Positions 13,139 through 37,361 of a DNA stretch of 64,000 nucleotides are shown here, piece by piece; position 1 is the stretch's first letter, and the number at the start of each line of letters is the position of its first letter. The notes under the pieces were generated by a model. That model searched no databases. It saw only the letters and a program-made list of their open reading frames with translations, and was not told where the DNA came from. Made by a program: the position numbers and the translations under genes. The DNA is taken from positions 434,001 to 498,000 of the forward strand of contig NW_020846801.1 of NCBI RefSeq assembly GCF_003704095.1. The letters run 5' to 3'. The DNA is from Pocillopora damicornis (lineage: Eukaryota).

Positions 13139-14710
13139 AAAAAGGTTGCCTCATCTCTTAAAATTTCTGTGGTTCTAATTTTTTGGTTTCATAACTGAGA
13201 AACTCCGCGATCTAACTGATACTTTACCACACCCACAGCGCCTTGTCTCGGAACTGACACGATACGATTGCGCCCGGAACCGCTACAAGCTGCCCTCATA
13301 TATCTATGATAGGATCTATGGTTACCTGAAAGCCAGACCTGACTTTGCTAACCAAAGTCAGTGAGAAATGTCTTTCATTACCTGCGGTTGAGATTTTTCA
13401 AGTCCGCCGAGTGTTTTCACCCTCTGAAACTATTATGAATGACTGTTGTCAACGCCTAGGTTATTCGTTCTGCTACCGTCTGTAATATCTGGTTAATGTG
13501 GGTAGACGATTTTAGCTTTGGTGAGAGACATCTTTGTGTATTAGATTCAACGAAAGATCTTTGTTATTTTACGATTACCGCGATGAAAAATTTTGTAATC
13601 AGTGCAGGTCTCACAAAGAAAGTCGCAAAGGCTGTGCTACTATAGAGACTGATATAGCGTCTTCCGATCCGGAGGAAGTTTTCACAAAGAAAAAACATCT
13701 TAAAGGGCCATTGAAAACTCAAACAACAAACAAGCAAATTGCTTAAACCACAGCTTAACTGCGAGTGACAAAAACGCGGTTGATTTAATTTTACATCTGA
13801 TTGGTTGAGTGGGTAAAACGCGTTTTCTGTATCAATCACAGAGCGAAGTTAACCAGAAAACCAACGCAATCCCAAATTACTCTCTACAACTAACTAAAAA
13901 TTTGTACATGAGACACTGACACAGCGCTATCTTTAAGGGTAGACACTTCAGTTACCAAAACATCAAGTAAAGAGTTAAAACAGACCCACTTAAGTCACTG
14001 TACAGACATCACCCTTCCACGCTGAGGTCATCCATGTACAACTCCTGCTTATAATTTTCATACAATTTTTATATAACAGGCTGCAAGAAAATTATTCGAC
14101 TAACAAAAATTTTAGAGAACTGCCTCAAGATCGTGGCGAGTAAAAGTACTTGAGAGAGCGGAACAAGGAGGAAAACAGGAACAGGAAGAGTAATACGTGA
14201 GGAGGTGGGGCCGAAGGAACTACATGATTAACAAGAACAAGAACGAGATAAAGGGACAATTAAAATACTCACAATAAAATTTAGAAAAAGACCATACACT
14301 GAAAACAGTAATTCGTGTTGGGCCACAAAAGGAATATTATCAATTGGCTTATAGCCAGCGAAAGTGCTCAAAGTGCAAATAAATCAACGTATCACTGAAG
14401 AAAACTGAAGGCCGGTTATTTATAAGAAGTCTGACTTAGGCCGCGGTTTTTGGCGATTGAGGAACTCAAACTTTACTTTGAAGTGGGTTATTGGAGGTTA
14501 TATAATTAACCTTCTTAAAATTGTGCACAAAAATCAATGTTTTGATAAGTATTTTGGCCATATTGAAGCTCGTGTAGAGCGCAGTTTTGTTAAACTATAG
14601 CAAGACTTTACCGGCGACACTTAAAGTTCTCGTTAAAATAAAGAGCACAGGGTTATTGCAATTGTAACATAGATAGCGGTCGAGAAATACTAAAAAATAT
14701 AATTACTAAC

Positions 14711-14906
14711 CTCGTGGTGCAATTAATCTTCCTTCCAACGTTTTCGTGCCGTGCTCCGAATTAACAACACAAGCCAGATATACTGAAGCCCCAGTTTGTA
14801 TTGTACTTGTAGACAAGCTTGACCTAGCGACAAATTGGAAGGGCTTGATCAAATCGGTGATTGACACAAATAAGATACTTTTTCCGGTTGCTGTGCATCT
14901 TCCATT
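14711..14906 (-). CDS. Isolated coding-like exon, probably an upstream part of the 7-10.7 kb gene
   Basis: ctttcAG|NGRCTATGKSILFVSITDLIKPFQFVARSSLSTSTIQTGASVYLACVVNSEHGTKTLEGRLIAPR|GTTAGT is open across the exon. Neighbouring exon candidates (13.3-16.9 kb) could not be joined without stops. Confidence 0.35.
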
Positions 14907-15679
14907 CTGAAAGAGGTCGAATATAGATAATGCAGGTCTACAAGTGGTTTTTTGATGCCTCTAAAGCCACGATTGTAGACAGATGATCGGCACATCTTAC
15001 GATGTCTGATGAAAAAAATTAAACTATGCTCAATCAGATGTCTGTAGGAATGGCGCCAGTTGGAGAGCAGAAGCCCTCAGTCTTTTAAGTAACCCTGTAG
15101 GGATTGGTGCTCTCTGAAAGCCTGTGCTAATATGGCGTGAAATAACATGGGAAATCAAATAAACAACCTGAGGCTAGAACTGCGGTTGTGGTTAAAACAA
15201 CGTCACTGATTAAAGAGAGAGCACTGTCTGACGACACAGAGGAACTGATAACTTCACATTCAATTTTATTGTTATATCTTGATACGTGAAAACTGATCAT
15301 TACATACACTAGTCACGTTTTGGGGCGTTTGTCTGTTACAATATTAAATTTTTCGGTCGAAGACACGTGAATTGGATTCAAAACACTCCAGATCCTTATC
15401 GCTTCTTTCAACAAATAATCCAAAAAGATGTTGTTCATAATATGGATACATATATTACGAGAGAGATAAAAGCTTTTAATTTAACAGCCTTTTCCCTGTC
15501 TCAATTAAGAAATGCAGTAAACACAGCTAGACATAGTTGTTGATTAGTTTCAGCTCATACTGGCTTACGAATTTACTTTTTTTTTGTAAGGAAAAACTTC
15601 CTAAACAGAAGCGTTTCGAAAACACATTGGATGGACGGGGTCTTAATCAGACTAGCTATCGATCGCAAATGCTGCGATC

Positions 15680-15960
15680 AGATTGCCTTGCGTCTGTTCA
15701 TTAATAGATCAAAGGTGACGTCAAAATGTGGTTAGGAAAAAAAAAATTACATACAAGGTGCAGCCGAGTGTATCATAAATGTTCTTACAAAATTTCGACG
15801 TTTTCTGTGACCGACTAATAAACAGACGCACGGAAACATGGAATCTATTTTTTTTATCAAGAGAAAACAATAACACCCATCCATTTCTCTTGTTTTTTAC
15901 ATAATAAAGAACCAAAACTTTGTTGATGGTCAGCGATGCATCTATCCTCCAATAAATCAT
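15680..15960. repeat. Interspersed repeat, same family as ~25880-26163
   Basis: Both share TAATAGATC...GTCAAAATGTGGT...AACAGACG...AACATGGAATCTATTT blocks. Confidence 0.65.
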
Positions 15961-17177
15961 AAACTGGAATTAATCAAAAGGCGTGTATCATTTAGCATGC
16001 TATGTAATATGTGGTCGATAGCGACTTAAGTCGGAAGGCTGAGACGTGACCCGTTTGTGTTATTATTCGCGTGATAAGGTTTGAACGACTAGAAGATTTA
16101 TCCTAAAACAATTAGATTATTCGCTCTAAATTCTGTTCTTGACGATTAAAAATTTAAGCTCATATTCTAATTATGAGCTTAAAAGTGGAATAATGAAAGA
16201 ATTAACGGAAGAGAAGATTAGAAATTCAAATTTCATCTGATATTTAGAAAGAAAAGTTAGTCTAAGACATAATGCATATCGAGAAAGTGATAGAAAAAAG
16301 TAGCTTTACCTGTACAAGAATACTTTCACTCCCGAAGTGTATGAACTATACTTGTTGCATTTTCAATTTTATAATTAACTACGAGCCAAATTTAACTTTT
16401 TTTTTTTTTAAATTAGCCTCTTACTTATCCCGAATTCTTTATAACGGTAGAGTTTTGTAACACATGTGATGGATGTGCGACATGTATTCGACCTTACTGT
16501 TCTTAAACTTTTACTACAGAAATATGGGGAGAAATGTCTGATTCAGCCTCCTCTTTCTTTGTTAGTTAAGATTTTGTTCTACTGCATAAATGTTCTTTTC
16601 ACAATTGACTCAAGCTCAGTAAAAATAGATGCCAGCTTGGTAGAGAATCCTCGCGAAGCTTACATGGTTGAACCTCAGTATAACAAATTAGAGTTTCGAA
16701 GTGTTTTTGGTGTACGTATTCGTTGGGCAATTCTTCACTTCTAAATTACAAACAATTGCATAAGCACCTTGCCACAAGAAACCTCCGAGCAGGCTTTTCT
16801 TGCCAGTTTTAAGCGAGTAGGAAGACCCCAACCCAGGGGAGAGCTTGTTTTCAGTTAGACACGTGAAGTCGAACAAACCTTTAAATTCGTGCAAAATAGG
16901 AAAACCTTTAACAATAATGCATAACCAACTTAAGGCATTTCTATCCAATCAAACGCAGGGAAAACTTCTAACGTGGAGTTTTAATCTTTAACCGAACATG
17001 TTCGTGACATATTTGGGCTAAAAAGAAAGCAGTTGAGGACAGAGATGTATCTCTCCTATGAAACAAAGTTAAGTAGCTTTTATCTAATAAATTTTATTTC
17101 TACTCAGTCCTTGTCAAGATCAGATCCTCTCGCCATAACGAAGAAACTCTTCCCGGATGAGCCCTCAGTTGGGTCCT

Positions 17178-22429
<5,252 letters not shown>

Positions 22430-23153
22430 GTTCATAAATGGCTTTAAAAATGTTAAATAACTCAAAAATTTTTATCACTGGAATCTTCTGAGAGGAAATC
22501 TGAGGTAAACAGTAGTTCTACTCTTCAAATTCCGCGGAGCCCTTTTGAGTCCACTATCTGTTTCGACTTAAAATGGAAAGGCCTGGTAACTTGTCTTCCG
22601 TGTCATGACGTATTTTTATCACGCTGTCCGAAAATTTGTTGTCACGCAATGTTGTGTCGAGTTGGTTGTCGGCTCAGTTCCCTAACAGTATGTAGACTGC
22701 TTTCACGTCATCTCACAAAGGTACGTGTTGGATCTCTTTGCCCAATTATGTTATATGACTCTTTCATCAGACTTTGATCAAAGAAATTGCGCGACAGTCG
22801 GTTCAAGATGTATGGATGGGTGATCCGCCATGTTTTTCGTGCGCGTCAAATTTTGCGCATTTCATTGACCTGACAAAAAAGGCCCAGTAACTTCTTGACA
22901 ATTTAAAAGGAGCTTAATTTTTAGACGCACCCCTAAATCCTAACCATTTATTTCCTTTTCGCTGAAGAACAATCGTGACCAGTGAGAAATCTCGTCATTC
23001 AAAGCACACCGACCGACGCATATGTAAATATGCAAGGCAGTGGCTATGAAGGTAGAAGGAGAAACGGTGTTCTGTAAGTATCTTCGTGTCCCTTCCATCA
23101 AACATTGCCACTCAGTGTTCGATATTCAGTGTCATTTGTCGTTTATTTTTCAG
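22430..23153. promoter_or_regulatory. Bidirectional promoter / 5'UTR region of the AKR7A pair
   Basis: About 720 bp between divergent ATGs, CpG-rich, with a YY1-type CCGCCATGTTTT at ~22825. Copy B has a short 5'UTR intron (GTAAGT at 23074, CAG at 23153). Confidence 0.6.
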
Positions 23154-28980
<5,827 letters not shown>

Positions 28981-30118
28981 ACCGAATTTTTAGTCACCGA
29001 AGGCTCATCTGACCTTTGTCTTCATGTCGTGATGTTTCCTTCACCGAGAAACAGATGTACGCTGTACATCGAAACCAAGAATTAAGATTTATATCAGAAA
29101 AGTGAGGAAAAAACAATAAGGTACATGCTATGGACATGAGAAAGAAGTGTGAGGACCTATAGAGACGTTTCTCGACTAAGTTTTACAACCATCTTCGGCT
29201 TGTTTGGACAGAAAACTAAGAAAATTACATCTTGGAACAGTGGTAATGAAAGGTTTTTAAACGGTCGGATGACTTGTTCTGGCTTCACTTGTCCGCTTTA
29301 GTTATAAAAAATGTTATTACGAGGGTGTTCAAGAGTTTGAAGAGATTTTTATTGCAATAGTTTCAATTTAGGTACCCATTTAACTGCAAGATGTCCCCGA
29401 TAACTTTTAAGAAATAAGTGGCCTACTTTCTAAAATGATTCGATTGATTACAGCAAAGCATCCTTTAGTACTTTAGTTTTTTGCTATTACGCTGTGATTG
29501 GCTGACATTAAGTTCGTACTATTTTCGCCAATTACATGCTTACAATACTAAAGCCGATCGGAAACTTTGTCACACACATTTCCCACGCATGCGTACTTTC
29601 TGTGATTACCTCGGTAGTTTTGATAGTTGTCATTGGTCAATGTTATATTTCTTTCACGTGGAAAGTCACTTTGTTGTTGTAATTTTCTTTCTTTTTGACA
29701 GGGGAGGGGTAGGGGATTAACTTTTGTATCAACGACAGGATGTGGGTGGGTATTTATTTTAAAAATTAATCCCCCTCTTGGAAACCAATTATTATCATAC
29801 TTTGACAGAATAAAAAATTTTCGCAACAGAGTTAGGCTACACTTGAAATTGCTAATATGTCAGAGGTGAATCGATGAAGCATTCGCGGCTAAAATATGAA
29901 ATCTTTACCCGTCTAGTCCCTTAGTGTCTCTAATAATGGTCAGGAAAGCATGATAGGCATCAAGCAGCGTTTTAAATGTCACTTCCTAAATATTCCTAAA
30001 GAGCTTAACTTAAATTTTTGCCATTTACGTATGTGAATTGTTATGGTCTTAGTTCGCCTATGTTTACTGTGATGACGCTATAGGATTTTCTAATGATACA
30101 TTGGTTCCCTGAAAATTA

Positions 30119-33100
30119 TCACTCAAGACTGGAAAAGTCAAAAGCACATTCATTAACTGGCTCGCGCTCCACAGCTTCGACTTTTTCCTCTTCAATGAAA
30201 TCCATAGGGGCACTTTCTTGTACCTTTTCTATTACTGGCACTGTTAGTAGATCCTCCACAGGGATCCCAACCTTCTCGGGTTCATCTTTGGCAATTTCCA
30301 GTCCCCTGTGGTAGCGAGGCTTTCTTCGTACTTCCAGTACAACTATCTCCTCCTCGAATTCATCATATTCCTCATCTTGTTCGTCTTCACTTTCTTCTTC
30401 CTCTTCCTCGTCTTCTGGTGTGGGAGGTGGTTGGGGTGATGGCGGTTTCTCTTCTTTTTTCTCTTTCTCTTTTTCCTTGACCACGTCTTCAAGACTAAGA
30501 ATATCGATAACAGGCTTGTCCCGTTTCGTGACTTGAGGATGGATCTTGCTCTCGTTAGCAACAGGTTCTGGTTCCTTCTTGGTTGTGAAATCTCTTGGGT
30601 AATTTAGGTGAACAGTTATGTCTGAAGTTCCATGGCTTCGGCGTGTTGTTTCAGGCGAAGACTTTTTCTCCATCCACTCTGGGACGTGAATACGGGACTC
30701 CTTCGTCACAGCTGTTATCGGGTGGTCGTTGCCATGACCGGAACTCTTCGTAGAGTGCTCGACTACTGTCGTGCCTCCTCCGCCTCCAATCGTCTTGGTG
30801 AAGACCGACCGATGGTAAGATGTGCTGTTTCCGACATTGTCTCCTCCTGTTGACTCAGTACTGATTGTCGTATGGCCTCTGGTCGTAAACTTGAGGTCGT
30901 GGTTTCCAAACGGCTGCCCTTTGATGTCGAAGTTGATCTTACTCACTTCATCCGCTGGAGGCTTGTTGCCAAACTGCAGGAGCACTTCTCCGCTGCTTAT
31001 CTCTTTAGTGGTGGGTCCGTCGTTGTTGGATGTCGTTCTCTTCGTGGTTGTTGTTGTTACAATCGTCTTCTTAATTATTCGTCGAACTCTCCGGCCATTC
31101 TCATCGACGAATTCCCTGACTTCCACATCCTCATCTTTGTCAACTCCTCCATGGTTACCTTCCATTTGTAATATATCCCTCGTAAGGTGTTTACCATCAT
31201 CACCGTTATCAGATGTTGTTTTCGTCGAAGTCGTTGTCACCGTTGTCAGCACACGTCGTACGCGCCGTCCGTTTTCGTCCGTGTACCACATAGTATCGTC
31301 GTCTTCGTTTTCAATATCTTCGTCTTTTTTATCCCCTTCGTCTTTTTTATCTCCTTCGTCTTTTTTATCTCCTTCGTCTTTTTTATCCCCTTCGTCGTCC
31401 TTAACTTCTTCGTCGCTATTAGATTTCACCACTGTGCTTCCGTTTTCTTTCACGGTGTCTTCCGGCAACTCTTCGGGTTTTAGTAAGTTAATGTTTTCGT
31501 CTGCGTTCAAGTCTTTATCAGCGCCGTACGCGACTTTAACCCGCGGTTTTTCTTCGGGTTCGCCACGTAAACAGCACGGGCAACACCACCTTAAACAAGC
31601 TGTGAGAAAAAAAAATTACAAACGTCATCACCATTATTATTACTAACATCATCATCATTTATTAGTCACTTCAGAAGTAACATTTATAAAAATTCAATAG
31701 TATGGTAGAGAGGAGGAGACCCACAAGAAATCTTCAGGCTTCTGGGGGAGGCTAGCTTGGTTATTAATATGTTTGCAATTAGGTTGTGGATGTGCAGCTT
31801 GACCAATTCAGACTCATTTCATTTGAAATTCAATCATCTGTTTTTTTTTTTTTTTTTATGTAGAAAAGCTAGTCGAACCATTGATTGATATTGGAAGAGA
31901 ATTCCAAATTTTAGGACCTCAGTGGAGTATTGTAAACTGCTTAAGATTAGAGAAAGATTTTTTTTCGTCTTGTCACGGGCGTAGGACAAAGAAAAAATTC
32001 TGAGTCCCCATGAGAAATCGAACTCAGACTTTCGGATTCCGCGCTCCAATGCTCTACCACTGAGCCACAGAGAGTTCGCGGTTGAGCATCGGAGCGCGGA
32101 ATCCGAAGGTCTGAGGTTTGATTCCTCGTAGGGACGAGACGAATGCATCTTTTTCTATTTCTTTAGCGAGCTCAAAACTTACCAACTCTCTCATTCTATT
32201 TACTCAAGATTAGTTTGATAAACGTGAGTGGATAAACAAACAAATATTTTTAGTGGGTGCCAACAATCCATATATCCGCTTCTGAAATTCTATCACGTTT
32301 ATTTCAGTAGTCGTTAATATCAATTGTGTCTTAATTTAAGGTTTTGCTGTGATGTGGTGAAGCTATGGCGAACATTACGTCAATTGATATCGCCTGCGCC
32401 AAAGGGTCAGTGCTTAACTGAGACGGCACTTCACCCATCAGATATTGGATCAGGGGAGATTAAAATAAGGCGGAATCATCTTAGATGTAAAGCTAATACA
32501 ATTTTACACTCTCCGACAAGGAAAAAAAGTTTCATTCTCCTTCAACTTTTAGGTTTACAAATTGTACTGTCTCGTATTAAGTTGGACGTTGTTTTAACTT
32601 GTAAAATGTTTGATTTTGAGCTGTCGTCAGTGAAGCATAAATCGATCTTGAAAGTTTGAAAAAACACCGCAAACAATGGAGACTAAAAATAAACGTAGTA
32701 TTCGAAATATCGCTTTCTACTCAAACGTGTGCGTCATTTATCTGTTCTCTCACTCAATTGGTTATGGAAAATTTGGGCTCTATGCAGCATTAAAACTTGT
32801 GCTTTTGCAGTAACTTTCGAAATAGCGGCATAAAAGGTGTATTTCGCTTACAGATAACTTGATTTCCGCCGGAGGCATCGTGCCATATGGCGAGCGAATA
32901 CGATCTTGTGGATTTAAATCTTCCTAAAAAGTTCCAACGTAATAAAAATGTTATCTGAAAAATTCTCCTGACTTGCTCCTACCGAGAAAGCAATGGCAAA
33001 GAACTAAAGTATATCTAGCCCTCCACAAAACCAGCGGGATAAAACGATTTCGACTCTTATAAACACAATTGTACACCAGCGTGAGAATCAAAATAACATG

Positions 33101-33241
33101 TCGAAAATTCCTTGATCCGCAAAGATCCTCACTCCAGAATCTGAAACACTTAAGATTTTAAACTTTGCAACTCTTCTGGTGGCAAAACAATCCAATGTCC
33201 AAGGTGTATAACGGATGAGGATCTTAAAACCTACCTTTCAT
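30119..33241 (-). CDS. Uncharacterised acidic/Thr-rich protein, 495 aa, N-terminal Cys cluster; paralog of the 37.3-38.3 kb gene
   Basis: Micro coding exon 33241-33235 (ATG AAA G|GTAGG) splices in phase to ttttctcacAG|31599-30119, giving MKACLRWCCPCCLRGEPEEKPRVKV... continuous with the 463-aa ORF. The exon 1 assignment is inferred. Confidence 0.8.
31319..31396 (-). repeat. Coding 18-bp tandem repeat (DEGDKK x4)
   Basis: TTCGTCTTTTTTATCYCC units on the plus strand. Confidence 0.9.
31958..32200. mobile_element. Inverted pair of tRNA-derived SINE fragments
   Basis: Minus copy: TGGCTCAGTGGTAGAGC (A box) ...GCGGAATCCGAA...GTTCGATTTC (B box). It is followed directly by a plus copy GGTTGAGCATCGGAGCGCGGAATCCGAAGGTCTGAGGTTTGATTCCTC. 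Confidence 0.75.
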
Positions 33242-35511
33242 CGTAAATCAAGAGAATATTCCTTATTTACAATCTGACGAAAAGCGTGGAAATAACCGAT
33301 GTATGGAAAGAAGTGCTCCCTATAATCCAGGGGGTTTTTGGTTAATCCCGTGATCTCGTGATCGTACCGTGATACACGCGAACTTTATATTTCGATTTTC
33401 GTCGTGCTCTGAACTGAAAAGGCGCGGTTTTGTGAAAGCACAGTGAATAATTTCGATACTTAATTGACAACAGAAGCGACCAATGAAGCGTGTGAAAATC
33501 TGCGAATGAGCTAGACGTGGTGGACCACGTGTAAATACCGATAGAATGCTGAATTTACGTGGATTTACGAGGCGTCCACGAACTACCCATATACACGCGA
33601 TCAGATGCTGTTAAAATTTCGTGGTTATGGTATTAAGAATTCCACTGCGGTGAAATTTTTAGGCACTTTCATTTTGAGTTCCCAGATCTACACGCATCAT
33701 CGTGCCTTGACGCCCATAATCTTCATGTATAGAATGCATTTTCATGCAAATTTTATTGCTTAACGGTTCTTTGATTGATTTACACGTGAAATCATCCGTG
33801 ACAGCATTGTGTTCACGAAAGCATCTGAGGAGCAACGGCTTTTAAGAAGTAATCTCATAGTTTGTTTATTTATTTATTTTTTTTGAATGAAGATTAAAAT
33901 AGTTTTTAGAAATAAATTTTGCTACGCAACTCAGGTAGAAATAGGTAAACCTCATATGCCAAATTCTAATTATATCCTAACTTCAGGTCATGTCGAGGAA
34001 TCAATTCAGGAATGTTCGCTTAAAATCATACCTTAATCGTCCTTAAATTTAGTTCAGTTGCAGAATTTAAAGTACTGTTTTAGTTAAAGTAAAACGATTC
34101 ATACGACGTTACATTCGAAATGCCTGACAAAGAGGAACAAGTCTTACAGTTTTTGCGACTGCTATAGCAGTAATTACAAACCTTGATAATGAGGTGAAAA
34201 AAAATCGTGCATAAATCTTACGCAGTAATGAACTTTACTTAAATACTTATCTAAAAAAGGTTGGATAAATGATTGAAAAGCTCACCGAAAGGAATTCCAA
34301 ACCACACCGCCGACCTCCTTGCGGCGTACCGAGGTACTCTTGCAGACATGTTGTATATACGATGAGGTCTTCTTTACAACTTTGTTATAATTATAACAAA
34401 AGTGGGTTGCTCAATTTATGAATATTTATATGTAATTTAAAAAAAATGGTACGATGTGTCCGCTGCACAATATATTTAATTTTACCAACTAAAAACATAA
34501 GATAAGTGATTATCTTTACCATTTTTGTTTTCTGTAATTCAAATCAAATTTTGAAAAACATTTTTAAGAGCTAAAAAATCAACAACTAACTTTTATTGAT
34601 TTTATGCATGTCTTTGTTTAGGAAAGGATCGTGAACTTTAGAACAAACCAGAAACAATAGGAAAGTTGAGTAACAAGAAATATAAATTTTTCTCTGGGCT
34701 GTTTCCTTGTGTTTAGCGGTTTCTAAAATTCATTAAACCATTTTTTGAAGAACTGACGATTCTGGAGATATGAAATGCATTTTTTAAATTACTTTTGTTT
34801 CGTGTATACAACTTGAAAACTATAAATTATCTCATAAAAGTCTCGAAGATTGTGCGGTCGCCAAGACCAAAAATGTTATCACGTAGGTATGTATGACATT
34901 AAATTGTTTAATGACTCTGGTAGGGAAGTGGACTGGTCTTCAAGCATTTAAATCTGCCATCGAATCTTCGTCTTTTCCATGTTTACAAAACAGAAAATAG
35001 TTGACAAAATATAAGTTCCGATGAAACAGTTCAACCTCAAATACCCTTAAGGCTTCTCATTTGTTTCAAAAGCTTTGGCCGAATTTGCTAGATAGTGGAA
35101 CTCACTGGTTTTCATCACTTACCTGTTTCCACTGGTCAGCTAAAAGTTGCTGCCTGCCCGGGTTAAGTCGTGATTATCGTGCCTCACCTTAAGTGCTTCT
35201 AAGACACGCTTTGAGCTTAATCTCGAACAGAAAGGCTTTGAGGGTGAACAATAAAATAACTCAACCTTGTCTAATCCACTATGATTTACTACTGAAATGA
35301 TTTAACTCTGGATTGTTCGATGCATGATTGGATCAACTTTTTTTATTTTCTTTTGTCAGCCTTTTGTGGTCTCTCTCCCTTGTTTGGTGTTAAGCTCCTT
35401 AAACCGAAAGCAGGTTGAACCGTTCCCGCTAAACAGTATTGAGGCCCAGGATAAATTCTGAACCTGGATCAAGGTTAATCAGCGGTTTTAGAAAAACTTC
35501 CAAGACTTGCT

Positions 35512-35722
35512 GAACTCTTTCACTCCCATGATCTCTTTAGTAATTCTCCCTACTGTTTGCCATACATTGCTTGTAATTTTGGTTGAAAGAATTTGTTATT
35601 GAATCAAATGATAACCCACTAATTGATATTTTAATATATTCTTATCACTTGTCTGCTTGATATTGTATTGATATTGTAGGGACAAATTCTGTCTTGGTTA
35701 CTACTGGGAGTGAAAGGGTTAA
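35512..35722. mobile_element. piggyBac-type MITE, subfamily A
   Basis: Same core as 8984 and 26164; ends GAAAGGGTTAA. Confidence 0.75.
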
Positions 35723-37361
35723 AAATCCTTCATTTCGTTTCAACTGACGTCTTGAATTCTCTAATTCTACCAAAAGTACCACGAAGCTTTCGATAATGGC
35801 ATGTTGAATATTCAAGGCTGGACCTCTTGAAAAAGTGGGCGGACGTCGCCTATGCTTCACGTTTGTTTCCATTCACAAGCATTCTGCTGGAACATTCCAA
35901 TCCTTATTTCTTCCTTCTTCGGTGCCGACCGAAGTCACGCAGTTTTATCAGAGGTTTCGCAAGGAACTGCGAGTCGAGGCTCGCTCCAGATCTCCACACG
36001 TTTCTCAAGTCACGGATCTATGATTCAGAGAATCCTGGGAATCGAGGGAACCCAACATATAACTTCGTCCCCAACCCTCACGCCCGGACCCCTCGCGAAT
36101 TAACACGCTTGCTCATTCTAAGTTTAAGACAAGGCGAGTATTGTACTGAGCTCAAACTTACCACTTGAAAAATTATTAATTACAACCCCTTTAACATATT
36201 CAGTCAAAGCGGAATCTTATCGTCAGCTTCTACGAGTTCCACAGCAGTCAAATTGCATAGCGAGGGAGTTTATTTGCATACAAACAACAATGCTTAATTG
36301 ATATTCAATTACTAAGTTTTCTGACTCGTAGCAGCACACAGAACAAATGTTTGCCATAAGTCATTTTCCCTTAGAGCTCGGGAGGTATCATTTCTGAGAG
36401 TAGATTGAAGTCGTGTCAAATGTTTTGAAAAGTTTATTGCAAATTCTTCACAATAATATTGATAAAAATCCGCTTAACTTCTTTTGAATCCAGCGGAAGT
36501 CACTATATTTGAACCATTTGCGAGACAAAATTTAAAACAGGAGATGAACTTTGTTCGTTTGTCTCACGACAGAGTCTATCGTGACTCTATCATGAAACAA
36601 ACGAACAAAGTTCGTCTCCTATCTTACACTACGATGAACAATAAGCACATATTTTATTACAAAATTTAAAATGTTCAAACTTTCTTAGATTCACTTTATC
36701 TTTTTTTTTTAGACCAGCGCCTTCGAAATTCTTTTTGTCCTCAAACTAATGCTGCTAGGATTAAATTTTGACTGCATTCAAATTAACATCCCTACCAATG
36801 TCAGACCAAGAATAGAACAACAATAGAAGGGGTTAACCTTCCAGACAACAATTCCCTGGTGATTTCAAAATAACATAAGGGCCTTGCTTGTTGATAAAAC
36901 ATATTCCAATCGGCCTAAAAGTATAATTCTTGAGCAGGGCTTTAACACGCAAAGACAACCGTTGCAAATTTGCAAGGCTTGGCAAACGAGGACAAAGTGA
37001 GTGCTTGCGCTGCAAACAATGTGATCAAATGTTAAATTGTTCGCTTCTAAAACGTGTAATTCCAAACTGATTTGCATGCATCATTCACAGCTCGCTGTCA
37101 TTACACATTCGTTTTTCTTTTATTAATGTCCTTTCCTTCATTACAGGGGCGTGTTTATCCATGGTCTACAAGCTAGAAGTGTACTCCGGGTATTCCGAAG
37201 AAACGCTAGGATTTTAAACAGCGGTGAAAACTCTAACAAACGTAGCAGCTTTTTCGAAATTTCATCAAGCCTGAGCAAAAAGACAGTGCAGATAAATCAA
37301 ACAAGGTTGAAATTTGCAAACTTAATCCGTGCAGAGACAACAGCGAGTGCAAATCAGAGTA

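Noticed and set aside
30822-31646. 274-aa plus-strand ORF and other ORFs overlapping 30-31.5 kb
   Set aside because: Antisense or alternate-frame shadows of the low-complexity minus-strand gene.
31995-32135. tRNA-Arg-like gene
   Set aside because: The cloverleaf is imperfect, the B box is damaged and SINE body sequence follows; treated as a SINE.
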